Source: Asterias rubens
Taxonomy: Eukaryota
Direction of reading: 5' to 3'
DNA length: 64,000 nt
Assembly (NCBI RefSeq): GCF_902459465.1
Contig: NC_047063.1
Span: 15,810,001 to 15,874,000, forward strand
The position numbers were made by a program, and so were the translations under genes. This document shows positions 36,868 through 50,165 of this stretch, one piece after another. Under the pieces are notes generated by a model. The model worked only from the letters and a program-made list of their open reading frames with translations, was not told the DNA's origin and did no database searches. Positions within the stretch are counted from its first letter, which is position 1. Each line of letters opens with the position of its first letter.

Positions 36868-39800
36868 TTAAACTTTGCGAATCTTCATGACAGATGATTT
36901 GATGGAGTAGTAGTCGTCTTTCCAGCCGTCCCATTGTAACCCCAGATTAAATTCCACCGGATTAGTCTGGTAGTACACCCCATTCAGGTTCGACTTGAGA
37001 CAGTAGTTGAACCACCAGCCCGACATATAAGACGATGCACAAGATAGTCTGGCGCCACCATCGTTGTCCCGGTCGACTGTTGAAAAGTCACTTCCAGAGT
37101 GGTAAGAAAGGGAATCGCCTGCAAGCAAAAAATAATTTATAAACATTTTTAGCAAAATTAACTGTAACTTTTTGGTGGCATCATTGTACGCACTCGCCCA
37201 ACACGAATCATAATGGTCACTCGAATGTTGCCAATAAAACGGGGTTTGGATAAAATTGATGCAAAAGGGTTAGTATGTCCCTCTAGAAAATACTGACAGC
37301 TAGCATATTACTTGATAAATTTAATGGGTGTTCTGGGCTACACGATAAAGCCGCTTCTTATGAAATTAAATTTGCCGTTTGCCGTTGAGCCCACGTCCAT
37401 TGACCTCGCTTCATTCTACATGTGGCCATTCCACATGGGGATTCGCAGTTAAATCCGACGCACATGTGTGTACAATATCTGTCCTCGTTTAGAGGGAAGG
37501 TACACGTTTGGTAATTACTCAAAACAAATATGAACTTATAAACTGACTTTGGAACGAGCATTGCAGAGCTGTTGATAGTATAACGTACTGTGGGAAACGA
37601 CTCCCTCTAATGTATAGTTTTAGAAAAAGAGGTAATTTCTCACTAAAATATTAAAAGACTTCCAGCTAGAAGTATTTTATTCCTACTGAAAACACACACA
37701 TTCTTCAAACAGAGGTGTTTTTTCTTTCATCATTTTCCCCCAACTCCGATGACAAATTGAGCTCGAATTTTCACAGTTTTGTTATCTTATGCATACGTTG
37801 AAATACACCAAGTGAGACAGTTTACCAATGGTGTACCTTCCCTTTAAGGACAGGAGACCAGTCTAGCCATGCCACCCCGTACCTACCCCAGTTGTAAGCA
37901 AACAGTAAAACGTTATTGAGACCCCCCTGAAAACCCCCGCACAGATTTGAACTTCTTTTAACACTTACTTGCATTTCCACTGTAGCTGCCTACAGTCAAT
38001 GTGTAACTTCTCCCTGAGAGATAAAACGAGTCGTACTCGGCCCATGCACTCTCACCCTCCCAATCTAAGAGATCAATGCGCAGGCGCCAGGTGCCTGATG
38101 ACGTCAGTGTCTTGATATTTGCATTCCCCAACCAAAATTCAGATTCGAAGTCACCGAAGCCGTTTTTGTAACTGTTCCAGTCCTGATTAAAGTCAACGGA
38201 GCCGTCCTCACGACGTTGAATTACCTTTGACACAGAACAGAAAATGAACAGACAAAAGAAAGAAATTACATAAAATTCGAAAAAGTTAGTTGCTGCCAAA
38301 ATGTGTCATTGTGTGAGTGGAAGAAAGGGGGAGGGGTAGCCTACAGGTACAGGGCGGCCTCCAAACACTTGCCCTCTTGTGCATCCCTCAAAGATGTGAT
38401 CGGCAAACAAAATCGCAAAATAAAAAACGATTTGACTGCGGTCTTTGGTCAGCCATCCCCCAGAGGAAAAAATGGCAGTTGTACCATGTTTTCGCCCCTA
38501 GCCTCCCTCCCGGTCCCCCGGCCGCGCTCCCGGCCCCTCCGTTGTTTCGCCGTACAGGCCTGATATGGTCACAAGCTTTTGCAACTTCAAGACCTTGAAC
38601 GAATATTTCTTGGAAAAAACTTTTCCCAAAAGTTTACTCTGACATACTTACGATCCATCCCCCGTCTTCATCGATATCACAATAGACTTTCATAGCAACA
38701 TCTCCGGTTGTGTATATCACATGAGCACCGCTCTGCCGTCCATGTTTAGCCAGTGCATCACAATCAGAAGCTGCAAGAGAAGGAGGTTGAATAGTCAGCA
38801 TCAACAAGGTTTTATGTATTCATGAATGGTCTCCATCATCCAGGTGTCTCAGTTTAGAATAAAATGTATGATTTATGTAATCAAATTAATTGGAGTTACT
38901 CTTTAAAGCCATTGGACCCTTTCGGTAAACAGTGTTGTCCAAGGCCCACACTTTGTGTACCACAACTTCTATATCAAATAATAAACCTGTAAAAATTTAG
39001 GCTCAATCGGTCATCGGAGTCGGGAGAAAACAACGGAAAAACACACCCTTGTTTCCGCGCGTTTCGCCGTGTCATGACATGGGTTTAAAATAAATCCATA
39101 ATTCTCGTTAACGAGAATTTATATTGTTTTGCTGTTTTCTCAAAAAGTAAAGCATTTCATGGAATAATATTTCCGGAGAAGTCTTTCACCATATGCCTTC
39201 TGTAATCTCTGTAAGTTATTTGTAAATCTGTGAACTTTTTTTTTTCTGAACCGAAAGGGTCCAATGGCTTTAAAGGCAGTTGGCACTATTGGTAATTACT
39301 GAACATAATTATTGGCATAAAACCTTACTGGGTATAACGAGTAATGGGAATAGGTTGGTAGTATAAAACATTGTGACCCTCTGAAGTGGAGTAGTTGTCG
39401 AGAAAGAAGTATACTTCCACGAATTTGATTTCGAGACCTCAGATTTATAATTTTTAGGTCTCGAAATCAAGCATCTAAAAGCACACAACTTCGTGTGACA
39501 AGGGTGTTTTTTCTTTCATCATTATCTTGCAACTTTGACGACCGATTGAGCTCAAATTTTCACAGGTTTGTTATTTTATGCGTTTTGTTGAGATACATCA
39601 AGTGAGAAGGCTGGTCTTTGACAATTACCAATAGTGTCCAGTGTCTTTAACCCATGACACACCAGGACAGTTTTTTTTACAATACAAAGGAGGGACACAG
39701 TATTTGAGAGCTTATAGCGACCTTTCAAATGTTTTACGCACAAAATACGCACATAATTGACCCTCCCTTATGATGATCGCTAAGTGTAAACAAAAAACAT

Positions 39801-41293
39801 GTATTCATAAAATAATACCTCAGACAGTTTCTCTATTCCTATTGATGGAAAGCGCGTCACGTGGGTGTGTATAAACCTTTGTTTATGACCAGTAAAAAGT
39901 GTTGGTAAAATTATCTCGGTAAAATTATTTTAAGAACCAGGTCTCGTTGGGTTTAAACCACGAGTTGAAAACCTCTTCACCACACATTGATTCCCTTAAT
40001 TAAAATAATTACAAATGAAATGGTACCAATTAATTCTGTCGTGGTTGGAGCTTCAGTTGTTGTTTTACTCGTCGTGATGACGGTGGTGTCTTGCGTGGAT
40101 GGCATCGGCGAGGTTCTCGTCTCTGGTGGTACTGTTGTTGGTGATACCTCTGTCGTTGTTGGGAGCGAGGTTGCCTTTGGGTCCGGTGATGAGACAAGAT
40201 GTTTGGTGGTTTTCTGAAAATGGTTGATAAAGGTTTTGTTTTAATGTCCACTGATGTAATTGTATTTTAACATTAACATGTTAGAAAAACACACTCAAAG
40301 ATAAAACAGAAATTACTTCTGGAAAAACAATTCTTGAGGTATAAAATGTCGTGTATGTAACTGATTGTTGACAATTGATTTCAATTTATTATAAAAAAAG
40401 AAGGAATGAATAAATTCAACGTCCTTAATTTTGATTGCTCGGCCTAGGAACCGAGCCACGCCCATCTTCCCACACAGGGGTAGACTAAACACCAAGCGAT
40501 GTGTTTGGTTTGAAGACAAACATAGACCCTTTTCGAAACCACGGCTTAGGTTTTGGATTCGGCTTCAGGCTCCGTCCTCTCGTCTGAAGCCCTGAGCACG
40601 TACGCAAAGTACGCGCTAAATTTTTTTTAGGGAGGTTTAGCTGCACGTTACGCGAGCAAAAACGTGAACTTCAGAAAAGTGTGCCTTTTATAGGTGACAT
40701 TGCATGCTCGTATGGTGTCTGCACGTACGTACCTGACTTTAAAAAATGGTAACTTCACGTGAGCTAAAAACGTGAGATTTTAACGACACAATGTTCTGAC
40801 GTTCACGTTCACTCACGCCGAACGTGCAGCTAAACCTCCCTGTTAAATGTCAAAACAACCGCGGAGCCAAGTAAGTCTGGGCCGAGTCTGGAGCCGCAGT
40901 ACCTAGACTCTAGCCACCCTCGTTGTTTGATACAACATAAGAACAAAATTGACTCACCTGCCATTCATCGTTTGTGTCTGGTCCACAATACTCAAACTCC
41001 GCATTACCCCGGTACTCCCCTGCTGTAGCTTTTGCTCTCTGCACAGCATTCAGATGACATTCCTTTAGTCCAGTTGCGTAGTTGACCGACTGGCAACTCG
41101 GAACAGTAAAGCATCTCGCTACGCATTTCAAACGGGATATCCCGTAAGCCACTTGCACTACATGGTTTGTGAGGAAATGATTTTTAACGCAGTTCACCGA
41201 TTGCCCCCTATAGCCCCATTCGGACAGCTGACATGAAGTCGGTGCAAACAACCCAAGGCACACCGTGAAAACAAAGACTATTTGGGCGTACAT
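36868..41293 (-). CDS. Secreted PAN/Apple - Thr-rich stalk - fibrinogen-related domain (FReD) protein, 382 aa. Exons 40958-41293, 40027-40213, 38652-38770, 37969-38224, 36868-37118
   Basis: Signal peptide MYAQIVFVFTVCLGLFAPTSC; PAN-like Cys pattern (KCVARCFTVPSCQSVNY...ECHLN); TTT/PTT-rich exon; FReD motifs [48 protein letters not shown], SNLNG. Exon phases 0,1,0,1 join into one 1149-nt ORF. The exon-2 donor (gtacca) is weak. Confidence 0.9.
38907..39269. mobile_element. Second TTAA-flanked MITE family (TIR AGCCATTGGACCCTTTCGG)
   Basis: Perfect 19-bp TIR with TTAA on both sides; the right TTAA is shared with the next MITE. Confidence 0.9.
39274..39646. mobile_element. Kolobok-type MITE family A copy
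   Basis: TTAA|AGGCAGTTGGCAC...GTGTCCAGTGTCT|TTAA. Confidence 0.9.
40629..40841. mobile_element. MITE nested in another repeat in FReD intron 1
   Basis: Perfect TIR AGGGAGGTTTAGCTGCACGTT / AACGTGCAGCTAAACCTCCCT. Confidence 0.8.
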
Positions 41294-43129
41294 TTTAGAA
41301 CTGCAACTCCTCTGGAATTAGTCCTCCCCAACGCATTCAATAGTGTTACGTCTTCTTAGCGCTCACACCACCAGACAGCTTCTGCAAATGTGAGATTATT
41401 TTCCGAACGGAGGTGTTGAGCTGTGCTCGTGACATGAGCACAGTTTGGTGACTTGTAGAGTTAGCATGATCTTAAGCCGGCAAAAAAATTTTGCTCTACA
41501 ACCCAAGTCTAAGAACAGCGGTCTATTCATAAACAATCAATATCATTATTTCTTCACAGAACCAGACGAGTTTTACGATCTTATAACCGTCTGCATTGTT
41601 TGACGGTCGCGCAAGAGAAATGGATTGAGTTGAGACAATCCATAATAACCAACTGCTCTGTTCGAGTGTTGAATAAGTTGAATACAGTCAATTGATTTGA
41701 ACGAAATAATTAAAAATACCGAATTTTAATTACGCGATGTTTGCAGATATGAACCGACGAAGCGAAATAACTTTATTGATTGAAGAAAAAGAAATTGGCA
41801 TCGTCAGTTCACATCAAAACTAATTTAGGAAAACCTTCTTGCTAATTTTCACACTTCTTGAACACATCTTATAAATAGTGTATTAATTCAACGCAGGTAT
41901 TATTTTTAACCCGCATGCATTACTTTTTCATTTTAAAATCAATTAAATGCGTCACCAAGGAAGGACCTGCTTTGAACTCCACTCCAAACCATTAACTGTG
42001 TACCGTAAATAAGCAAACATGAATTGGTCCGTCTTTCAACAGCAGCATTAATGATCACCACCACCACTGCAGAACTGCCCTGCCCCACCCACTCCCACTG
42101 CCACCACCCGCACCGATCACCACCAGACTGAAACAGTAATCCCCTAACGTACCATGGCTACCACCACCACAATGCAGACGCACAACGCGTATGCGTCACG
42201 TAACGATCAGCCCCATTATAACAAACATGCTCAATGTTCCGTCGCTTTTCCAACCCAGAGTGTTAGTGCGATGTGCAATATTGACATGTCTCATAACGAG
42301 TTGGCTCCCACTTGGTGAGAGCGGCAGTAATGGCCGTGTGTGACGTCAGTGCAAGGGTTAAATAAGTGACAATATAACTTTTTAGTTAAACTTGACCCAA
42401 GTTGAACTTTCGTGGAGTCCTTGTTCGTCTAAATCCACAGCCTGCACTAAAATGAATATCTTATTTGATTAGCATGAGATCCGCCTTGAAACAAGTCTAC
42501 AACTAGTACACCGTGAGCAGAAGTATTGCCGCAAGCATCGACCGAAATACTTTGACCCAGCACAGTTCACATAAGTTCAATTATATCATACATCTTGAAT
42601 AACACCAATGCATTTTCGATGAGAATATTTAATTATTGAAAAAGTCTTTCGTTTTGTATTGATTGTATTATTGACCCTGACATCATCAGTGCTTGGCCTA
42701 CAGAGTACGTCTGTGCATGCGTGTGCGAGGTCATTCACCCGACGCATTAGAAAGGAACCGTACCGACCGAAAAGGTACCGTACCGACTAAAAGACATCGT
42801 ACCACTGCACGCATACGCCGGGTTCATACTTCATTTTAATGCGAATGCAATACGAATGTTGACGTCACAGGGATGTTTTCGCAGCGAGTGTTTCGCAGGG
42901 GTTGCCCATTTCGTGACATCAAAATTCGTATCGCATTCGCATTCGCAGGGAATATGAACTGGGCTTGAGTATTTCCCTCCATCAGCAATGTAGCAGTTGT
43001 AGTGAAGTTGGTAACTTGTTTGAAGTTTGACATTCGATCTATTGAGTACTAGTCATACTGGCATGTCTTGAAAGACACGCACTATCCTTCACCATTCAGT
43101 TTGGTTGAAAAGAAAAATCCCAACCTAAT

Positions 43130-43222
43130 AATAATAATAATAATAATAATTACAGTCCTGGATTAGAACCTGGGACCAACGCCACAAAATGGCAGCGTCC
43201 CGCCCACTGAACCAACTCGCTT
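43130..43222 (-). mobile_element. Short tRNA-derived SINE / tRNA pseudogene remnant with (ATT)n tail
   Basis: A-box-like TGGTTCAGTGG and B-box-like GGTTCTAATCC; no acceptor stem can be formed. Confidence 0.5.
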
Positions 43223-44016
43223 GAGAGTGAAACGGAGCAAATTAATGTATGACTAATATTATTAGTGATAACTTATATGGTGTTGAGCTGATTTGAATCG
43301 TTACAGGCTGAGTGGTAGCAAGCCATCATACTAGTTGAGCCCTTGAAACACCTGCTGGAATGTAGTCATAAGGCCCTTGTCACACGAGGCAACTTTTACA
43401 GGCAACTCGGAGACAACCAACTACAGTACATGATACATGTTCACTTTGGTATGTAGCACAGTGAGTAATTTTTGAACAACTCCCTACGGACAATGTGACA
43501 TATGTTTACATTCAAACCGCCCTCTGTTGAAAAAAACACTGTATACGTCATGTTTCGTCAAAACCCAAAGGTTTTGCCCGGCGGTATGCGCGCGAATCAT
43601 GTTATGGTTTTCGAGTGACGTGTGAGGTCACATCGTCTATACGACAACAAGCAAAAATATGTTAACAATGAAATGTGAATGGTTTTTCTTCCCGGAGATT
43701 GCCTGGACCTGGTTACATGTAGTTTGCCTTATGTTACACGCGGCCATTTAGATGCACCATGATGTTGTGATTATTGAACTTCCCCCCCAGGAAACACACA
43801 TTTCCCATTGAGTTGAATTAAATTTATCTCAGCATTTATTTCCATATTGCAAAATATACGTCATACGGACCCCTTTAAGTCCAGTGGTTTATGTTGTTGC
43901 GGACAGATATGTGTGTTGCGGTATCGGCAAAGTAAACAAAATGAACGTCGCCAAACAAGACTGTTCATGCAGATGTTCAATTACCATTAAGCCTACTGGT
44001 CCGATTTCAAGGCATT

Positions 44017-45177
44017 TCAAGAATAGTACAAATAAAAACTTAAAAGCATGACCATAACACCAACAATACACCCAAAGTATATCCAATATAGCAGTACAAT
44101 ACTGGTATCGTCGCCGTTTTGTAATACTTTGCCCACCACAGCATCCCAAATTGCAATAGTATCTTCATTCACGCCATTCCAGTTATGTCCTGAACCAGTT
44201 GCAATGCCGTGTCTTAACGCGGATCGTACCGGTGCAAATTGTTCATATTGATGCGACAACTGGGGTTCGACTCCAACCTTCCTCATGACTAATCCAATGA
44301 AGACATCGTCCCATTGTAGAAAACGCACATGGCCTGACTTCCAGTACATTGCCATAGCGACATCCCCAGACATGACGTAACACGCACCGTTTAAAAATGG
44401 CGCGTACGTGGGTTCGGGATACATCTTCAGGGGCGTGTACCACTTGGATGACTTATGTCTGTGGGGCAGAGGGTCTGTGCGTAGATGTCCCTCTGCAAAG
44501 TTCACCCTAGACTTCTTTACAAGTCGGCGCACAAGGTGAACTATGTTCAGGACCATATCCGAATCGATGCTCATTACGTATTCAGCCTGGGGACAAAACA
44601 ACGTCACCCATCTCAATCCCATGATGTTCTTGTAGGTCATGTTCTGGTAGGCGTCTAGAAAATCCTCTTGAATGAAATAATGATGGGTATCATCTTCGAT
44701 TTGAATACGTTGCTTAATCACCGGGTCATCTGTCTGACCAATCAGAAACATCGTTAGTGTCCGTCGACCGAGCACCTCTGTAACGCCTCCCCATGTTCGC
44801 ATAATTTGTTGTCGATCATAAGTCTCATTCGGTCGACATTTGACGAGAATAACGAGGAATATCTGCCCATTCTCAGTGTTTTTGAAACACGCATCCTCAT
44901 TGGCAATCGTGAAATTAAACAGGTGTGGGTTGATGACTCTATCACTGTATAAAGGAATGCCGGTGTCATTACCCGCTAACCATATTGATCCATCGTGAAG
45001 AGCTGATTCATTCACAGGAGTATCTTCCCTATCCGATAGTCTGTCGTGTAGTAGAATGGTTGATTCACCAACATGGTGCCTTGGCGAGATAACGGTAAAA
45101 TACACCAGCAGGAACATACAGCAGGCATAGGCAAGCACAATTTTGTAAAACACGTGCACGAGTTTATCAGGCTGCAT
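44017..45177 (-). CDS. GT31 family beta-1,3-galactosyltransferase-like (B3GALT1-like), single coding exon, 386 aa
   Basis: N-terminal TM (IVLAYACCMFLLVYF); motifs R..IMRTWG, QEDFLDAYQNMTYK, MSIDSDM (DXD), YAPFLNGACYVMS, WDDVFIG. Confidence 0.93.
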   Translation of the reverse strand: MQPDKLVHVFYKIVLAYACCMFLLVYFTVISPRHHVGESTILLHDRLSDREDTPVNESALHDGSIWLAGNDTGIPLYSDRVINPHLFNFTIANEDACFKNTENGQIFLVILVKCRPNETYDRQQIMRTWGGVTEVLGRRTLTMFLIGQTDDPVIKQRIQIEDDTHHYFIQEDFLDAYQNMTYKNIMGLRWVTLFCPQAEYVMSIDSDMVLNIVHLVRRLVKKSRVNFAEGHLRTDPLPHRHKSSKWYTPLKMYPEPTYAPFLNGACYVMSGDVAMAMYWKSGHVRFLQWDDVFIGLVMRKVGVEPQLSHQYEQFAPVRSALRHGIATGSGHNWNGVNEDTIAIWDAVVGKVLQNGDDTSIVLLYWIYFGCIVGVMVMLLSFYLYYS

Positions 45178-46488
45178 CGCAAATTCCTATACTCTGAAAG
45201 AGATAATATACAAAGTATAATGATGCGACAGTCTTGGCCATAAACTCTGCTTTCCTTCACATTCGTCTGTACAACTTCCACTGTTACACGTCATGCACGC
45301 CATTCCGATCACATAATGAACCCTTCCTGTATTGCTCATCAGTGCGCAGCAGTAACCTTTGTTATGTGAAAAAAAAAACACGCAGCATCCACTCTGCACA
45401 TACATTTATATCAATCTTTAACGGTGTCAATTTTTTTATTATATATTTGGTGGACTGACCTCGTGATAATTGTTGACACTGCTGCAACGGACTATGACCG
45501 ACGTTATTGTCAAAATGATATGGCATCCGTTATAAAGCGTGTGTTCTCCAAGTATGTCAAACGCAGGTTTGATTACGTACATGACCTGGTAATTATGTAT
45601 TAAAAACGAATCTACACCAGTTCTTAATCTTGAAGACACTGGACACTATTGGTAATTGTCAAAGATCAGTCTTCTCACTTGGTGTATCTCAACATGTGCA
45701 TAAAACATTTAACCTGTAAAAATTTGAGCTCAATCGGTCTTCGAAGTTGCGAGATAATAATGAAAGAAAAAACAACCTTGTCACACAAAGTTGAGTGTTT
45801 CCAAGACCTAAAACTCTAAATCTGTCTTTAAACAATTTCGGGCGTGCAGAAAATCAACATTCCCTCGCCAACATGCCATTAGTCGCACATACCTATGTGG
45901 TAAGTTTAATGACAAAATATGTCCACATGCACAAAACAAAATCGCAATAAATCAAATATACATCAAACATCAAATACGCATTTAGAGAGGTATAATTCGT
46001 AATGATAAATCAACGCCTCGAATCAAAATTTCTCTGCCTCTTTGCATAGTTAACACTGAAACACGTACACACTATCCGGTATGGATTAGGGGTCAGAGTT
46101 ATTGAGTCAGCCCAACGGCAGGTATGCAAAATGAGTCACATGAATTCAACCCACCCAGTTCAAGTTTCTGTGTCATGTTAAGAAGTACACGAAATTCCTT
46201 TTCCTGGTATGAAAAGTATAAAACCACACCACAACAAACAACTCTTAATATTAAAAATAAATTCTGTTTTAAAATTATTACAAAAATAACAAGTAGGCTA
46301 CAGAGAGAAGATAGTAACACAATATAATCCTACAAAATTATTGGCCTTCGTATTGATTCAAACACTGTTACTGTTGTGTAGTAGTTTGTGGACTCTTTAA
46401 GGGTCTAAGAGTCAAAATTGCTCATCAGGAGAATTATAAAAAAAACCACCAAAACAATAATAGACTATTATCATAAAGTTGCCGTTAA

Positions 46489-46871
46489 AGACAGTGGACA
46501 CTATTGGTAATTGTCAAAGACCAGTCTTCCCTCTTGGTGTATCTGAACATAATTATGCATAAAATAACAAACCTGTGAAAATTTGAGCTCGATTGGTCGT
46601 CGGAGTTGCGAGATAACTACGAAAGAAAAAAACACCCTTGTCACACGAAGTTGTGTGCTTTCAGATGCTTGATTTCGAGACCTCAAATTCTAAACTTGAG
46701 GTCTCGAAATCAAATTCGTGGAACATTACTCCTTTCTCGAAAACTACGTCATTTCAGAGGGAGCTGTTTCTCAAAATGTATTTTACCATCAACCTCTCCC
46801 CATTACTCTTAATCAAGAAAGGTTTTATAATGAAAGTTATTTTGAGTAATTACCAATAGTGTCCACTGCCT
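46489..46871. mobile_element. Kolobok-type MITE family A copy
   Basis: TTAA|AGACAGTGGACACTATTGGTAATT...AATTACCAATAGTGTCCACTGCCT|TTAA. Confidence 0.92.
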
Positions 46872-47983
46872 TTAAATGTTTCTGCTGGGCATGTATGGCT
46901 TCCGAACATCCTGAAGCACATCCAGCCTTTGGGTGTACATTATAATAGAATCTCAATATTAAAAACAGCAAAGTATACCCAATATTAAAAGTAACGAGCG
47001 CTTCAAACCACATGTCAATACAACGTATATAAAAAATATCATGCATGATATTAAGCTAAACAAAGATCGACCTTGCTGCCATTGTATTCGGCAATATTAT
47101 TATCAATGTCACTATTAGACTTGACTAAGTCCCAATCCCGTGCCATCCCCAGGAAATTACTGTTTTGTGATGCTCTGCATTCCAAAACCTGTTCCGCATC
47201 TCGTCGGGACCAAATTTTGACGGCAAGCGCGCAGTGGACTGTGTATGCTACGTGTTGTTTTATAGCAAGTTTGTGTATAACTATGCTAAGGGACCTCTCA
47301 CACGAGAATGGGACTTGAATTAAGTCTATGCCACTATAGGCCATTGTGTGTTTGGGCCGTGCCTGCATGCAGCAACATCCATCAATCATAATATATGCCG
47401 GGGCAATTTCAGAGATAAATATTTAGAAGCAATACAAACACATTTACAAGCACTTTGGTCTCGTTTATCCAACACAGACTTACAGAACACGATATGATAG
47501 CCGATTATAAATAATAGGGTATGCATGTTGCATAGTTGCGTAGCCAGACCATTTTCATTTTTTGTTGGGGGGGGGGGGGAGCGGGGTGCAATGACATAAT
47601 GAGGGGGACAACGCAATGTACATTCACATTCAATGTTATTATACTAATATGATTTCGGGGGGGGGGGTGTGATTGGTTCCAGAGCAGGTAGGGGGGGGGG
47701 GCTCCGTCCCCACCCGATTACGACACTGGTCTATTGTTAAACTGGAATAAATGAATAGCATAATAGTCATCGATTTGTTTCAGTTATTGATGCTGGGGTA
47801 TGCGTCGAAATTTGTTATAGGAAAACTCGCAATTATTTCCCATATAATGCACAAAAAGCATCACTCAAAACAACGTCAATCAACTACAACCGAATGCGCT
47901 TATCTATATGGTATCCATGGCAACCAGGCAACCGTCTGCACGCGAATCTAACTACCCAAAAATAAACAATCATGGTAAATTAA

Positions 47984-48362
47984 AGGCAGTGGACACTATT
48001 GGTAATTACTCGAAATACTTATTAGCATTAAACCTCACTTGGTAAAGAGTAATGGGGAGAGGTTGGCAGTATAAAACATTGTGAGAAACGGCTCCCTCTG
48101 AAGTGGAGTAGTTTTCGAGATAGAAGTAATTTTCCACGAATTTGATTTCGAGACCTCAAGTTTAGAACTTGAGGTCTCGAAATCAACCATCTAAACGCAC
48201 ACAACTTCGTGTGACAAGGGTGTTTTCTTCTTTCATTATTATCTCGCAACTTTGATGACCGATTGAGCTCAAATTTTCACTGGTTTGTCATTTTATGCAT
48301 ATGTTGAGATACACCAACTGTGAAGGCTAGTCGTTGACAGTTACCAATAGTGTCCACTGCCT
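47984..48362. mobile_element. Kolobok-type MITE family A copy
   Basis: Intact TIRs with TTAA on both sides. Confidence 0.92.
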
Positions 48363-48480
48363 TTAAACACCAGCAGAGAGAAAATGCTCTCACCTGGAAC
48401 ATGTACATGTACACGCACTATTTGTACAGTAGAAACATTAAAGGGAAAGTATATCTTGTTTTTGAACCCGTCCGAATTAA

Positions 48481-48827
48481 AGGCACTGTATACTATTGGT
48501 AATTACTCAAACTAATTGGTATGTAAAAACTTAATCGGTACCGAGCAATGGAGAGCTGTTGATAGCATAAAACATTGTTAGAAACGGCTCCCTCTGACGT
48601 AACGTCGTTCCTGAGAAACAGTTAATTTCTCACTTAACTTATAAATTATGCATCTGAAAGCACACAAAGTTGTGCAACAAGGGTATTTTGTTCGTTCATA
48701 TTTTTTTTGTAACTTCGATGACAATTATTGAACCCAAATGTTCACATTCTGTTTATTATATGCATATGTTGGGAAACACCAAGTGAGAATACTGGTCTTT
48801 GACAATAACCAAACGTGTCCAGTGCCT
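48481..48827. mobile_element. Kolobok-type MITE family A, diverged copy
   Basis: TTAA|AGGCACTGTATAC...GTGTCCAGTGCCT|TTAA. Confidence 0.85.
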
Positions 48828-50165
48828 TTAATCCTGTATAAATGTAGATAAAATACAACAAATCTAACCTGTAAAAATTTCATTCAAAAAGATGGTCGCT
48901 TTTTTTTTCTATTTTTTTTGTTGGGGGGGGGGGGGGGACATCGTCGAAAATCCGGAGCGGTTCGTCCACGCGGGAAGAATGATTCAAAATCGGAATACAT
49001 AATTTCAGAAACGTTTCTAAAAGTAACATTTCTCATTTTCAAGTTTTCGGGGATACAGACTGATATCTTTCTCCATAGCCATAATATTACTTCGAAGTGA
49101 AATGATTCTGAAAAATGTTTTTTTTAACTATCGAAAGCTACTGTAACTTCAAACCAATTCACTTGTTTTTGTCATACTGGTAATTGTCACAGACCAGTCT
49201 TCCCACTTGGTGTATCTCAACATATATGCATAAAATAACAAACCTTTGAAAATTTGTGCTCAATTGGTCGTAGAAGCTGCGAGATAATAATGAAAGAAAA
49301 ACCATTCTTGTCACACGAAGTTGTGTGCTTTTAGATGCTTGATTTTGAGGTCTCAAAATATAATTATATGTCTCGAAATCAAATTCGTTCCTTAAAGGCA
49401 GTGGACATTTTTGGTAGTTACTAAAAATAATTATTAGCATAAACCCTTATGTATACCGCGTAGATTTGGAGAGGCTGATAGAATAAAACATTGTGGGAAA
49501 CGGCTCCCGCTGAAGTGACGCAGTTTTTGAGAAAGAAGTAATTTTTCGATACCTCGATTTATAACTTGAGGTCTTGAAATCAAGCATCTGAAAGCACACA
49601 ACATCGTGTGACAAGGGTGTTTTTCTTTCATATTTCCACGAACTTGATTTCGAAACCTCGATTTAGAACTTGAGGTCTTGAAATCAAGCATCTGAAAGCA
49701 CACAAGTGACAAGGGTGTTTTTCTTTCAAGTGAGAAGACTGGTCTTTGACAATTACCAATAGTGTCCAATTACAATTATGTATTGCCTCACTATTCAACA
49801 CTGTCAATTTGGGGTTTAGCCAGTTAGTTATGGTCAATTTCCCTTGTGGTTATAAAAATTACTTGAATGAAATCGCGCCGTCGTTAGATTATTTGACACG
49901 TTGAGCTTTTGGGAGCCCTCACGTCTTGTCGGCATGAGGGTTCGACATCATGCACACGAGGTTGCAACCTCTTGGGGTGAACTCTGTCAAGTTGCACCCC
50001 GTCAAACTGTGAAGGGACTTTTGAGGTTCATATTTTGAGGAATGGCATCCTGCCGTTTTGCAGTACTATGATAGCAGTGTTGCATTTTATTGACATGATG
50101 ACAGTCTTTATTTTCGAGTATGTGTGAAACCTCATCACGAGCAGTGCACTTTCGGCGCTCCATAC

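Noticed and set aside
43130-43222. Functional tRNA gene (also the halves at 2254-2457)
   Set aside because: Only A/B-box remnants are present; no complete cloverleaf or acceptor stem can be built.
47560-48940. Poly-G/C runs (also 24107-24127, 35800-35811, 63366-63384) as G-quadruplex regulatory elements
   Set aside because: Simple homopolymers scattered without positional pattern and prone to length error.
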